The notes: generated from the sequence alone by a model not told the origin. DNA of 64,000 nucleotides from Acidimicrobiia bacterium (GCA_031385545.1 JANNBN010000018.1:33463-97462), one strand, 5' to 3'. Positions 48,280-58,420 are shown, numbered from the stretch's first letter. Numbers and translations: made by a program.

Positions 48280-49965
48280 GTGAATGCCACAACGCCAGCC
48301 ATGACGTTCGAACAGGCCGCCGCTGCGGTCACCGCCGCGGGCCAGGTCTTCGAGATCACAACCGCCGACGTTCTCGGACTGGACACCAAGGTCTGGAAGA
48401 ACTCGCCGCCCAACATGCGAGCCGTGTTCGCCGCGGCCCGCATGCACGGCGACAAGCCGTTCATCGTGTACGAGGGCGAAACGCTGTCGTTCATCGATGT
48501 CATGGCACGCGCCGACGCGCTTGGTCACTCGCTGGTCCACACCTACGGGGTCAAACCGGGCGACCGGGTGGCCATTGGAATGCGCAACTATCCGGAATGG
48601 ATCATCTCGTTCATCGGCGCGGTCAGCATCGGTGCAATCAACGTCAGCCTGAACTCCTGGTGGACGGCCGACGAGCTGGACTTCGCACTGAAGGACTCAG
48701 GAACTACCGTGCTGATCTGCGACCGCGAGCGACTGGCGCTGTGCAAGGGCACGCTGGACACGCAGGGCATCAAGGCAATTGTCGCCCGAGCCGGAAACAC
48801 ACCCCTTCCCGATGGGGCCGAACCGTGGGACGCCGTTGTCCATGTCGGTAATCCGCTGCCCGATAGGGCGATCGACCCCGACGCCGATGCAACCATCCTG
48901 TACACCTCCGGCACAACGGGGCGACCCAAGGGCGCCGTCTCCACGCACCGCGCAGTCATCAGCGCGCTGATGGCTTTCGCGTGCAGGGGCGCTGTCGATC
49001 TCGTGCGCCGTCCGCCGTCTCCCGACGTCGAGGTGCTGCCCCCGGCGTTCATCCTCATCGTGCCGCTCTTCCACGTCACGGGGTCTGTGCCGGTCATGCT
49101 CGGGTGTCTGCTCAGCGGGGCAAAGCTCGTGATCATGTACAAGTGGGATGCGGGCACGGCCCTCGAGATCATCCAACGAGAGAAAATCACCAACTTCGTC
49201 GGCGTGCCCACCCAGTCCTGGGACCTCGTCCATCATCCAGACTTCGCCAACTTCGACACATCGTCGTTGCGCGCTGTCGGCGGCGGCGGGGCTCCAGCGC
49301 CGGCAGCTCAGGTTGATCTGGTCGCACGGAAGATCAAGAAGGGCGGTCCGCAGTTGGGTTACGGCATGACCGAAACCAACGCATACGGCCCGGGCAACAA
49401 CGGGCCGGACTACCTCAATCACCCCACCAGCACGGGCAAAGCGCTGCCCATCATGGACGTCGTCATCCGCGACGACGACCTCAACGACCTGCCAAGCGGC
49501 GAGCGAGGAGAGATTTGGTTCCGTGGGCCGATGCTCATCCGTGGCTACTGGGGCAATGCCGAAGCCACTGCCGAGACCATCATCGATGGCTGGCTGCGTA
49601 CTGGCGACATCGGCCGTTTCGATGCTGACGGGTTCCTCTACATCGAAGACCGCGCCAAAGACATGATCCTGCGCGGCGGTGAAAACATCTATGGCGCCGA
49701 GGTCGAGAGCGCGATCTACACCCATCCAGCCATCCACGAAGCTGCTGTGTTCGGGCTCCCGCACGAACGGCTCGGTGAAGAGGTCGCCTGCGCGCTCGTC
49801 CTGCGTGACGGTGCCACCCTCGACCCCGCTGAGCTGCGCACGTACCTGGCCGAACGAATCGCATCCTTCAAGGTCCCCGCCCACGTATTCATCCGCACCG
49901 AACCTTTGCCGCGCAACGCAGCCGGCAAGTTCCTGAAACGCCAACTCCGTGACGAACTGTCCTAG
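48280..49965 (+). CDS. Acyl-CoA synthetase (class I adenylate-forming enzyme)
   Basis: YTSGTTGRPKG, GYGMTE, WLRTGD and PRNAAGKFLK motifs. Confidence 0.93.
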   Translation: MNATTPAMTFEQAAAAVTAAGQVFEITTADVLGLDTKVWKNSPPNMRAVFAAARMHGDKPFIVYEGETLSFIDVMARADALGHSLVHTYGVKPGDRVAIGMRNYPEWIISFIGAVSIGAINVSLNSWWTADELDFALKDSGTTVLICDRERLALCKGTLDTQGIKAIVARAGNTPLPDGAEPWDAVVHVGNPLPDRAIDPDADATILYTSGTTGRPKGAVSTHRAVISALMAFACRGAVDLVRRPPSPDVEVLPPAFILIVPLFHVTGSVPVMLGCLLSGAKLVIMYKWDAGTALEIIQREKITNFVGVPTQSWDLVHHPDFANFDTSSLRAVGGGGAPAPAAQVDLVARKIKKGGPQLGYGMTETNAYGPGNNGPDYLNHPTSTGKALPIMDVVIRDDDLNDLPSGERGEIWFRGPMLIRGYWGNAEATAETIIDGWLRTGDIGRFDADGFLYIEDRAKDMILRGGENIYGAEVESAIYTHPAIHEAAVFGLPHERLGEEVACALVLRDGATLDPAELRTYLAERIASFKVPAHVFIRTEPLPRNAAGKFLKRQLRDELS

Positions 49966-51451
49966 GAGAGAGGCCGCGCCCAAGTTTCGAAGGGGTGCTC
50001 CACCTCGGGTTCTCTCCGATTCCTCCGTTCAACATATCCAGACTGAAGGCGCGCTTTTCGAGGCGGTCCAACTGGCACGGCTGTTCCCGGACTCCAAGAC
50101 GTTTGTCGATGCGGTGCCGCTCTTCCCAACGGAGGAAATCCAGGCTGCGTACGACGCGCTTCTTGCCTCGGGTGCCAGGTTTGATCTGCGCGCCCAACTC
50201 GAACTGTGGTTCGAACTACCGATTCGCAATCCCGGCGTGCCGGTTCGGGCCGACTCGGCCACTTCGTACATCGAACGGACCTGGGAGCGGCTCACCCGTA
50301 CGGCGACGTCGGTGCCAGCCGGGTCGACCATGCTTGCGCTGCCCCACCCGTTCCTCGTTCCCGGAGGGCGGTTCGACGAGTGCTTCTACTGGGACTCGTA
50401 CTTCACTGCGCTCGGCCTCGTGAAGCAAGGTCGAACCGATTTGGTGCAGGGCATCGTCGACAACCTGGTTCACTTGCAACAGACGGTCGGCCTCATTCCA
50501 AATGGTTCGCGTACATACCTTGCCACTCGAAGCCAACCTCCAGTGTTGTCGCTCTTGGTCGGGCTCCTTGCTGACCCAACCCGGTATGTCGATGCGCTGC
50601 TGGCCGAGCACGCACTCTGGACTTCGCCAGAGCGCACCGTCATCGTTGGCGGGGTGCCGATGTCGCGCTACCTCGGGGGCGAGAACACGCCGCGCCCCGA
50701 GTCCTTCGCCGAGGACGTCGCCACGAACGGTGGCAGCACAACGCCATGCAGCTTGTTCGCACACCTGCGGGCAGGAGCTGAATCGGGCTGGGACTTCTCT
50801 TCGCGGTGGCTGGACAACCCCGATGACCTGGCAACGATCCGCACGGAAGATGTCCTGCCCATCGACCTCAATTGCCTTCTGGCGCTCCTCGAACACAGCA
50901 TCGCTGCGCTCGGCGACCGGGCAGGACGCAACGATTTGCAGGAGTTTCGCCAACGAGCGCTGCGCAGGGCCGAGGCGATCCTGACGCACTTCTTCGACCC
51001 GGACGCTGGCTGGTTCACGGACCTCGAAGCCTCGACGCTTGCCCACCGCCCTCAATTGTCCCTGGCCGGCATGGTGGCACTCGCCGCAAGGGTGGCCGAT
51101 GGTCGCACCGCCGAACGGACCCGACGCACGCTGATTGACCGGTTCCTGGCACCAGGCGGACTGCGTACAACGTTGCGGGATACCACCCAGCAATGGGACG
51201 GTCGCAACGGGTGGGCACCGTTGCAGTGGTGGGCCATTGACGGTCTGCGCGCATATGGCTTCACCGATGAGGCCGAGACCGTTCGCACACGATGGCTGCG
51301 TACCTGCGATACCGGGTTCGCACAGGACGGTGTCCTGCTGGAGAAGTACGACGTCGACGACCCGGGCCTGCGTGCCGAGGGCGGCGAGTACGAAGTGCAG
51401 GAAGGGTTCGGCTGGACCAACGGCGTGTACATCGCGTTGTCTCAGGAGTAG
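49949..51451 (+). CDS. Alpha,alpha-trehalase (GH37)
   Basis: FPDSKTFVD, VPGGRF.E.FYWDSYF, RSQPP, PRPES, GAESGWDFSSRW, QQWD..NGWAP and QEGFGWTNG motifs. Start uncertain. Confidence 0.94.
   Translation: MTNCPRREAAPKFRRGAPPRVLSDSSVQHIQTEGALFEAVQLARLFPDSKTFVDAVPLFPTEEIQAAYDALLASGARFDLRAQLELWFELPIRNPGVPVRADSATSYIERTWERLTRTATSVPAGSTMLALPHPFLVPGGRFDECFYWDSYFTALGLVKQGRTDLVQGIVDNLVHLQQTVGLIPNGSRTYLATRSQPPVLSLLVGLLADPTRYVDALLAEHALWTSPERTVIVGGVPMSRYLGGENTPRPESFAEDVATNGGSTTPCSLFAHLRAGAESGWDFSSRWLDNPDDLATIRTEDVLPIDLNCLLALLEHSIAALGDRAGRNDLQEFRQRALRRAEAILTHFFDPDAGWFTDLEASTLAHRPQLSLAGMVALAARVADGRTAERTRRTLIDRFLAPGGLRTTLRDTTQQWDGRNGWAPLQWWAIDGLRAYGFTDEAETVRTRWLRTCDTGFAQDGVLLEKYDVDDPGLRAEGGEYEVQEGFGWTNGVYIALSQE
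49972..50031 (+). repeat. Degenerate copy of the 65-bp repeat family at the trehalase 5' end
   Basis: ggccgcgccc...tgctccacctcgggttctctccgattcctccgttca aligns to the reverse complement of the 29748 unit. Confidence 0.8.
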
Positions 51452-51521
51452 GCGCACACGGAGGCGGATTCGCCTCTAAGTCCGTTAGTACGGTGAAACA
51501 AAAGTTCCGACGTTGCCTTGC

Positions 51522-52700
51522 TCAGCGAGCCCGCAACGGGGCGATCAGCACCGCTGTCGATCCGATGAGACCCAGTACCAGCCATTGCAGTGGTCGGAAG
51601 TGTTGGGCACTGGCGCCGACCAGCAGCGGGCCAAGCGCAGCTCCGGCGGCACGGGCAACGGTAACGGCAGCGTGGTCGATCGCAACGACGAACCCGCGCC
51701 GTTCACCGCCGATCTCGCTGACGATTGCGAGCAACGATACGTAGGCGAACTCGAAACCGAGGAAGAACAACAGGACTGCGCCGACCGCAGCACCACGCGA
51801 ACCTTGGCCAACCGTGATGAAACCGACGCTTCCCAACGCCATGACCGCAACGCCGAGCAGGACGGCGTTCGCCTTGCCCATACGGTCGGTGAACAAGGCA
51901 GTCCCCCCGCTGCCGAGCAGTTCCATCGCACCGATGCCGGCGACTATGCCTCCCCGCGCACCGATACTGAACCCGTGGTGGTCTTTCAGGAACGAACCGA
52001 AGGTGGCAAACGTCAGCACCTGACCAAGCGTGATCGCGATCGAAACGCTCAACGCCCTGATTGTGATGGACCAGTTGAATCGCGTCGGCACGAGTCCGGA
52101 CTCGGGTTCGTCGACCACACGGACTGTGCGTGCATCCATCGCCCGCAACAGCAATGGGGTGGACATTGCGAGAGCAATTCCGGTCACCAGGAACGGTGCA
52201 CTCCATGAGAACCGTTCGATAAGGCGACCAGCGACGTAGCCGCCGATCAACAACGACAAAGCCCAAGACAATTCGTATGTACCAATAGCACGGCCCCGTT
52301 CGGAGAAGGGGGTGCGATCGCCGATGAACGTGTGGATGGTGGTGGTGACCAGGTTGACGCCGAGTGAAATCATGCAGAAGCCGATGACCACTCCGGCCTG
52401 GCTACGGAGCACCCCGATCAGGATGCCGCCGACTGCGCAGGAAAGCAGACCGCATACCGACCAGCGCCGGTGTCGCCCCCGGTCGAGGTCGCGGCCCACG
52501 AGAGAACCGCCGAGCCCAGCGAACTCACCTGCACCGAGCAATGATCCGACTCGCTTCTCGCTTGTCCCCAGCCCTTTCGAGATGTCCTCGATGAACGGGT
52601 AGGGCAAGCGAAGGAGCAGGTTCGCAAGGAATTTCAGCGACGTCAGCAGCAGCAGCGGAACCCCAGGACGCGGAGCAGGATTCGACGTCTGGGACTGCAC
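51522..52700 (-). CDS. MFS transporter
   Basis: About 12 hydrophobic segments; ERGRAIG and TDRMGK motifs; GTG start after TACGTT. Confidence 0.88.
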   Translation of the reverse strand: MQSQTSNPAPRPGVPLLLLTSLKFLANLLLRLPYPFIEDISKGLGTSEKRVGSLLGAGEFAGLGGSLVGRDLDRGRHRRWSVCGLLSCAVGGILIGVLRSQAGVVIGFCMISLGVNLVTTTIHTFIGDRTPFSERGRAIGTYELSWALSLLIGGYVAGRLIERFSWSAPFLVTGIALAMSTPLLLRAMDARTVRVVDEPESGLVPTRFNWSITIRALSVSIAITLGQVLTFATFGSFLKDHHGFSIGARGGIVAGIGAMELLGSGGTALFTDRMGKANAVLLGVAVMALGSVGFITVGQGSRGAAVGAVLLFFLGFEFAYVSLLAIVSEIGGERRGFVVAIDHAAVTVARAAGAALGPLLVGASAQHFRPLQWLVLGLIGSTAVLIAPLRAR

Positions 52701-52804
52701 CGACACAACGTAGTCAAACGGATTCAATCGTTAGAACGTCCGAAAGGACAAAGGGATATCGCTCAACCCTTCCCGTAGAGAATTCCCACGGGTACGATGG
52801 CCCG

Positions 52805-54046
52805 ATGGGCTCGAAACTCTCTCCGGTTTGGTCGAAACTCACCCCGCTGCAGGTGACCCACGGGCAAGGTAGCTGGGTGTTCACCACCGAAGGCGATGAA
52901 TACCTGGACTACTCGGCCGGCATCGCAGTGGTCTCAACGGGTCACGCGCATCCGAAAGTGGTCGAAGCCATTCGCGAACAGGCTGGTCGTTTCATACACG
53001 CGCAGACGAACTGCTATACGCACGACCTGTTGGAACCACTCGCAGAGAAGCTCGACACCATCACGCCCGCCTCCATCGAGCAGTTCTTCTATTCCAACTC
53101 GGGGGCCGAAATCACCGAGGCCTCGGTGAAACTGTCCAAGCACGTCACCGGAAAGCCCAACACCATCGTGTTCGCAGGTTCGTTCCACGGACGCACACAC
53201 ATGGCGATGGCCATGACCGCCTCGAAGGCCATATACCGCGCCCAGTACGGACCTCTGCCGGGCGGCGTCTACGTGGCGCCGTTCCCCGAGGTCGCCGCCG
53301 TGCCGGCAGACCAACACGACGCCGCGATCGATCGCGCACTTACGGGTTTCGACTACCTGCTGAAGTCACAGACCGCGCCCGAGGAAACAGCGGCAGTAAT
53401 CCTGGAGCCGGTGCTCGGCGAAGGCGGCTACATCCCTGCACCTCAGCGCTTCATCGAGGGCATCGTCGAGCGCTGCAACAAGCACGGCATCATGTTCATC
53501 GCCGACGAGGTGCAGTCGGGCTTCGGCCGCACCGGCAAGATGTTCGCAGTCGACCACTACGGCGTGCAGCCAGACATCATCTGCATGGCCAAGGGCATCG
53601 CATCGGGCTTCCCGTTCTCGGCGCTCGGCGCCAGTGCGGCGCACATGGCCAAGTGGGTCCCCGGCTCACACGGTGGTACCTACGGTGGCAACCCAATCGG
53701 TTGCGCTGCAGCACTGGCCACCATCGACATACTCACCGCGCCCGGTTTCCTCGACCACGTCTGCGCCCGCGGCGAGCAACTACGCGAGGGTCTCACCGCC
53801 ATCGCGCAGGACCATGGTGGCATCACCGACGTGCGCGGCCTCGGTCTCATGAGCGCTGCACAGTTCACCGACCCTGCGCGGGTCGCAGCCATCATCAGGC
53901 ACGCGCTCGAGGAAAGCCGGGTGATCTTGCTGAACGCCGGCACGTACGCCAACGTCATCCGGTTCATGCCCCCGTTGGTGACCACTGCGGACGAGATCGA
54001 CATCGCACTCGGCGCCATCCGTTCGGCGATGAAGGCCACGTCCTGA
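52805..54046 (+). CDS. Class III aminotransferase (GabT-like)
   Basis: NSGAE, SFHGRT, EPVLGEGG, IADEVQSGFGRTG, AKGIASG and HGGTYGGNP motifs. Confidence 0.93.
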   Translation: MGSKLSPVWSKLTPLQVTHGQGSWVFTTEGDEYLDYSAGIAVVSTGHAHPKVVEAIREQAGRFIHAQTNCYTHDLLEPLAEKLDTITPASIEQFFYSNSGAEITEASVKLSKHVTGKPNTIVFAGSFHGRTHMAMAMTASKAIYRAQYGPLPGGVYVAPFPEVAAVPADQHDAAIDRALTGFDYLLKSQTAPEETAAVILEPVLGEGGYIPAPQRFIEGIVERCNKHGIMFIADEVQSGFGRTGKMFAVDHYGVQPDIICMAKGIASGFPFSALGASAAHMAKWVPGSHGGTYGGNPIGCAAALATIDILTAPGFLDHVCARGEQLREGLTAIAQDHGGITDVRGLGLMSAAQFTDPARVAAIIRHALEESRVILLNAGTYANVIRFMPPLVTTADEIDIALGAIRSAMKATS

Positions 54047-54107
54047 CATGAGCGTCAGACGTGTCGACATGTCCGACCCAGCCCGACCTGCCTGACGCAC
54101 GAACCGG

Positions 54108-54500
54108 TCAGCCCGCCGACAGCGGGCCGTTTGCGGGTCCGTATTCACGCTCGACCGTTGCGACACGCACGCGATAGTCCGCGTACCACCGCTCCCGGCC
54201 AAGCCTCTGGGCACCGAGATGTTCGGTGACCTGTTTCCACGCCCGCGCCGCGTCGGCGGAAGTCCAATACGACACGGTAATGCCCAGGCGATCGGCGCCC
54301 CTCGCTCCTTCGATACCGAGGTACCCGGGCTGCAGGCGAGAGAGGCGATCCATCTCGAGAGCCATTTCGCCGTATTCAGCACCATCACCCGGGGCGCGCC
54401 GACTGGTAAAGATCACCGCCGTGTACGGCGGCTCCGGTGTCTCGGCAATGCCGGCGTCGGCATTCGGCCGGTCACGTTGTTCGCTGTTCGGTTCCATCAT
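54108..54500 (-). CDS. Antibiotic biosynthesis monooxygenase (ABM)-family protein
   Basis: PPYTAVIFTS, QPGYLGIE, GITVSYW and EHLGAQRLGRERWY motifs. Confidence 0.88.
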   Translation of the reverse strand: MMEPNSEQRDRPNADAGIAETPEPPYTAVIFTSRRAPGDGAEYGEMALEMDRLSRLQPGYLGIEGARGADRLGITVSYWTSADAARAWKQVTEHLGAQRLGRERWYADYRVRVATVEREYGPANGPLSAG

Positions 54501-54558
54501 TCGCGATCCTGTCAGAACGTCGACCCTCCCAGCCCCGACCCCCCGCCCAGGCGCCAGC

Positions 54559-54659
54559 GCAACCAACGTTGGATCTGCAGCAACCAACGTTGTTCTGGCG
54601 GCGCTTTTCGAGCGCGTTTTTGGGCGGGTTGGTTGCTGGCGACGCAACGTCGGAGAAAC
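54559..54659. repeat. CAACGTTG-family nested inverted-repeat element, copy C
   Basis: gcaaccaacgttg twice at a 21-bp period, then gttggttgc and caacgtcggagaaac, matching the end of copy B. Confidence 0.75.
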
Positions 54660-54789
54660 GCCCAGTTCCCGGCAGCCCACTTCGAGCACGGTGATTCTCG
54701 GTTGCTGTGTGATGGCGATCACGGTGGACGTCCAACCGATGTCCGACAGTGGATCGTCGCACCCGGCGACGATGTTGAGGGAGACCGCC

Positions 54790-55107
54790 ATGTACATCCG
54801 CACAACTTGGACCGCACGCCCGCTGACCGTCGAGCAGACGAACCGCATGATGGCTACTTGGGGGAAGCTCGAAGCAAACCTTGGCGAGCGTGTCGGATCC
54901 GAACGAGTCTGTTGGTTCATCAACGCAGATGGCTCCGGAGGCGTCACGATCGACAAGGTGACAGACGCCGATGCCGCCGCCCTTCTGGGGCTGGAGCAGT
55001 CCCTGGCGCTTGGCGAGTTCCTCGAACTCGACTCCAAGATCGTGCTCGACCTCGACACCGCAATGCCAGCAATTATCGCCGGCGTCGGTCACATCAACGC
55101 CAAGTAG
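54790..55107 (+). CDS. Hypothetical 105-aa protein (possibly DUF3303-like)
   Basis: GAGGGAG RBS, GC-rich third codon positions, N-terminus MYIRTTWTARP. The family guess is weak. Confidence 0.7.
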   Translation: MYIRTTWTARPLTVEQTNRMMATWGKLEANLGERVGSERVCWFINADGSGGVTIDKVTDADAAALLGLEQSLALGEFLELDSKIVLDLDTAMPAIIAGVGHINAK

Positions 55108-55177
55108 CGAAGACGGTCGATCCGGTCGCGGCGGCGGCCGGAGGACGAGCAGGTCTGTTCGGCGCGTTCGAACGAAG

Positions 55178-55591
55178 TCAGCCAACAGACCCGAGCGGCT
55201 CGGAGCCGTGGTATTGGCACCAGCGCCAACACTGGTCGCGGAACGCAAGCACGCCGGTCACCCTGTACGGGCGTTCGCTGATGGAACCGTCCGGCTGAAC
55301 CGTCTGCCACGGGGCATCGGCGATGAACCAGGCCACGTCGCCGACAACGGAGACCCGCCTATCGACCCATCGCCAACCGTGTGCGGTGGAACGAGATGTG
55401 AGCGCCTTCAGGCAAGCCCGCACCGCATCGGCGCCGATGAACTCCTCTCCGGCGGCCGACCCAAGAATCGAGACATCCTCTCGGTCGAGCAACCAGGCCG
55501 CTTCGGCCGCCGCACGATCACGGCTTCTCAGCGCCAAGTCGAACGCGTCAATCGCCTTCAGTACATCTTCAATTGCGTGCGTGCGGTCCAT
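55178..55591 (-). CDS. NTF2/SnoaL-like protein
   Basis: GSAAGEEFIG, GDVAW, YRVTGVL and WRWCQYHGSEP motifs. Confidence 0.82.
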   Translation of the reverse strand: MDRTHAIEDVLKAIDAFDLALRSRDRAAAEAAWLLDREDVSILGSAAGEEFIGADAVRACLKALTSRSTAHGWRWVDRRVSVVGDVAWFIADAPWQTVQPDGSISERPYRVTGVLAFRDQCWRWCQYHGSEPLGSVG

Positions 55592-55727
55592 GCGCCACCC
55601 GGAGATCTAACCCCGAAACGTGTCCGGTTCCGAGCAGTGTAGATCTGGTTCCGCCTGCGAGTTCGGTCGGCAACAGTCCAATCCACGAGATTTCGACGAC
55701 GGATTGCGCCCTCGCGAACGCCGGACG

Positions 55728-55753
55728 ACATCCACAACGCGCTTGGTACCGAA
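55728..55753 (+). promoter_or_regulatory. SigK-like ECF promoter ACATCC-N15-CCGAA
   Basis: One mismatch to the mycobacterial SigK consensus CCATCC-N15-CCGAA (recalled from memory); ends 8 nt before the ATG at 55762. Confidence 0.5.
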
Positions 55754-55761
55754 CCAGTGGC

Positions 55762-56787
55762 ATGCACAAGCCAACCAACGACGTTCACCCTGCCGGTCGG
55801 CAGTATGGACTGGCCAGGCTGAGTGTCGTTCTCGCCGTCACAGTTGCTGTCGGCGTCGGTTGCACTCGTTCCGCAGCGCCGTCCGCGTCAAACACTTCGG
55901 TCGTGCCGTCGACGACACCTCCGCAGGGTTCCCTGACCGCTGGTCAGCGGGTCGCCGCGTTGGATTTCACTGTTCCATCCGTGCCGTCCGTGCCGCCGCA
56001 GCCGGCTGGAGCAATTCAGATCGCGAAACCGGGCGACGCCCCAGCAACGGCAACTGCACAGCTCGCAACTTCGGCGTCGGGCGCGGTGACCACATTCCTG
56101 GACGCCCTGATCGCACGCGACTATGCCAACGCCTTCGCCCAGCTCAGTCCCCTCGAACAAGCGCGCGTCAGTTCGCCACAGCGACTTGCAGCGGAGACCG
56201 CTCCGTTCGGATTGACTGCCTTCACCATCAGCGAATCAACGCCCGGGTCGGTGACGACCGAGTTCGTGCAGACTTCTCGCGTCAGCGACATCGACGGGGT
56301 GATCGCGCCCGCTGCCACCGTCGTGTTCCCCATCGCGACCGAGAACGGTGTTTTCACCGTCGGCTGGAGCCGCCGAACCGTGGTCTCGCATCATCCGGAG
56401 CGTTCGGCAACGTCTGACTCCGAAGTCAGCGCCGCCGTGCTTGAGTGGGCCGACGCAGCACAGCGTTGCTCGGCGTCGCCGCTGCAGTATTCGGCCGGTC
56501 TGATCGGTGTGACCGGCCTGGCGGACAGGCTGTGCAAGAGCACCGGCACTCCAGTTGTCGAGGCCGTCGGTGACCTCGATGCACTCGATGAACCGCAGCC
56601 GGTGATCGACGGGTTCGGCAGTTCAGCAATGACGTGGGCACGCGTCGTACGCCTCAAGGAACCGGTGGACATGAACGTGGTCGTTGCGCCCGACGCAGGT
56701 CACTGGACCGTCATTGCGATCGCTCGCCCTTCGCTCGCTTCCCTCGCTGCACCGCCCTCGGTCCTCCCGACATCTGCTCCGTCATGA
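55762..56787 (+). CDS. Putative lipoprotein of unknown function
   Basis: Hydrophobic stretch ending in lipobox-like VGVGC, followed by a Pro/Ser/Thr linker. Confidence 0.72.
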   Translation: MHKPTNDVHPAGRQYGLARLSVVLAVTVAVGVGCTRSAAPSASNTSVVPSTTPPQGSLTAGQRVAALDFTVPSVPSVPPQPAGAIQIAKPGDAPATATAQLATSASGAVTTFLDALIARDYANAFAQLSPLEQARVSSPQRLAAETAPFGLTAFTISESTPGSVTTEFVQTSRVSDIDGVIAPAATVVFPIATENGVFTVGWSRRTVVSHHPERSATSDSEVSAAVLEWADAAQRCSASPLQYSAGLIGVTGLADRLCKSTGTPVVEAVGDLDALDEPQPVIDGFGSSAMTWARVVRLKEPVDMNVVVAPDAGHWTVIAIARPSLASLAAPPSVLPTSAPS

Positions 56788-56900
56788 GTTCACCTCACGA
56801 CACCCTTCTTGACCGGTTCGGCCGTACCCACGGCTGCATCGGCCCCAAGACGTCCGGCTTGTCCGGACACCGCCCCCAAACCCAGTTGAAAGGACACCTC

Positions 56901-58289
56901 ATGGTGCACCGAAACAAGAAGCTCCTCCGGTCCTTACCGGCAATCGGCGTCAGTGCCGCCCTCGCATTGGCGTTCACGCCTTCGGCGAATGCGTCCAGCC
57001 ACCGCGAAGCACCGTCGATCACCGAAGACCCGGTGGCCGACCTGACCGACCTGTACGCGTTCGTGAGCCCGGACAATGCGTCCAGCACCACGCTGGTCAT
57101 GAACGTCAACCCGTTCGAACTTCCTGCCGGCGGACCCAACTTCCACAAGTTCGGCGACGACGTCCTCTACGAGTTCAACATTGACAACAACGGTGACGCC
57201 GTTGCAGACATCAAGTACCAGTTCCGCTTCAAGACGACGTACTCCAACCCGAACACGTTCCTCTACAACACCAACCAGGTGACGTCGCTGAGCGACCCGG
57301 ATCTCAACGTGCGCCAGAGCTACACGGTCACCGAAGTGAAAGGTGGCGCATCGACTGCCATCGGAACCAACGTGATGGTTGCCCCGGCGAACGTCGGCCC
57401 GCGATCGATGCCCAACTACCGAGCCCTCGGTGACGCAGCGGTGACTCCGCTGTTGAGCAATTCGGCCAAGGTGTTCGCCGGTCCCCGTGACGATCCGTTC
57501 TTCGCTGATCTCGGAGCGATCTTCGACCTCGGTGGACTGCGCCCGTTGAACAAGGCCCACCTCATCCCGCTGAAGACAGCAGCGGGCCGCGATTACCTGG
57601 CCGGCTTCAACGTTCACTCCATCGTGTTGCAGGTTCCGTCTTCACGCATCACCAACGGCGACCCTGTCGTCGGTGTGTGGGCGACGACGTCACGTCGGGT
57701 TCCTGGCGCGTCCGGTGCTGCCGATACCTGGAAGCAGGTCGCACGTCTGGGCCAGCCTCTGGTCAACGAAGTGGTTGTTCCGATCGGCGCCAAGGATCTG
57801 TTCAACAGTTCCTCGCCGGACAAGGACCTCCAGTTCGCCAAGGGCGTTCTGGAGCCCGAACTGGGCAAACTGATCCCGGTTCTGTACCCGGGCGTGAAGG
57901 TGCCGACCAGCGTCAGCACCGGTTTGGGACTGGGAGGCCGTGAAGACCTTGCGACCATCTTCCTGACCGGCATCGCCGGGCTCAACCAGCCGAAGAAGGT
58001 GACACCGTCGGAGCAGTTGCGACTGAACACCGGAATCGCCAAGTCCGGTTTCCCGAACGGCCGCATGCTGGCCGACGACGTTGTCGACACTGCCCTCCAG
58101 GTGGTGGCCGGCGCGACGGACTTCTCCAAGGAGTTCAAGGTCTTCCCCAACAACATCCTTGGTGATGGCGTGGACTTCAACGATCGGGAGTTCATGAACC
58201 AGTTCCCATACGTCGGCTGGCCGAACGACGGTTACTCGACCCAGCCGCAGCGGGGTTCCGACCCAGCTGATGACAAGAACGAGAAGTAG
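56901..58289 (+). CDS. DUF4331-family secreted protein
   Basis: Signal peptide then ASSHREAP; D.TDLYAF, FAGPRDDPFF.D, RLGQPLVNE and GFPNGR...DDVVD motifs; AAAGGA RBS. Confidence 0.92.
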   Translation: MVHRNKKLLRSLPAIGVSAALALAFTPSANASSHREAPSITEDPVADLTDLYAFVSPDNASSTTLVMNVNPFELPAGGPNFHKFGDDVLYEFNIDNNGDAVADIKYQFRFKTTYSNPNTFLYNTNQVTSLSDPDLNVRQSYTVTEVKGGASTAIGTNVMVAPANVGPRSMPNYRALGDAAVTPLLSNSAKVFAGPRDDPFFADLGAIFDLGGLRPLNKAHLIPLKTAAGRDYLAGFNVHSIVLQVPSSRITNGDPVVGVWATTSRRVPGASGAADTWKQVARLGQPLVNEVVVPIGAKDLFNSSSPDKDLQFAKGVLEPELGKLIPVLYPGVKVPTSVSTGLGLGGREDLATIFLTGIAGLNQPKKVTPSEQLRLNTGIAKSGFPNGRMLADDVVDTALQVVAGATDFSKEFKVFPNNILGDGVDFNDREFMNQFPYVGWPNDGYSTQPQRGSDPADDKNEK

Positions 58290-58308
58290 CACGTAGCTCC
58301 GAGTGATC

Positions 58309-58345
58309 GTCAGTGCACAGAGAATTCCCCTCGCTGTGCACTGAC
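58309..58345. terminator. 12-bp perfect stem hairpin between the DUF4331 and TPR genes
   Basis: gtcagtgcacag-N13-ctgtgcactgac. No U-tract, so it may be a terminator or an mRNA-stabilising hairpin. Confidence 0.5.
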
Positions 58346-58420
58346 CCACCGTTGCATTTCGGCTGATCCCAGGCCGTACGCACACATATCTATTCACCAC
58401 ACACGAAGCCGAGCGATGAC

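Noticed and set aside
48697-49983. Long antisense ORFs (also 1935-3158, 13325-15115, 32268-33845, 50216-51457)
   Set aside because: They are expected shadows of real genes in high-GC DNA and have no recognisable motifs.
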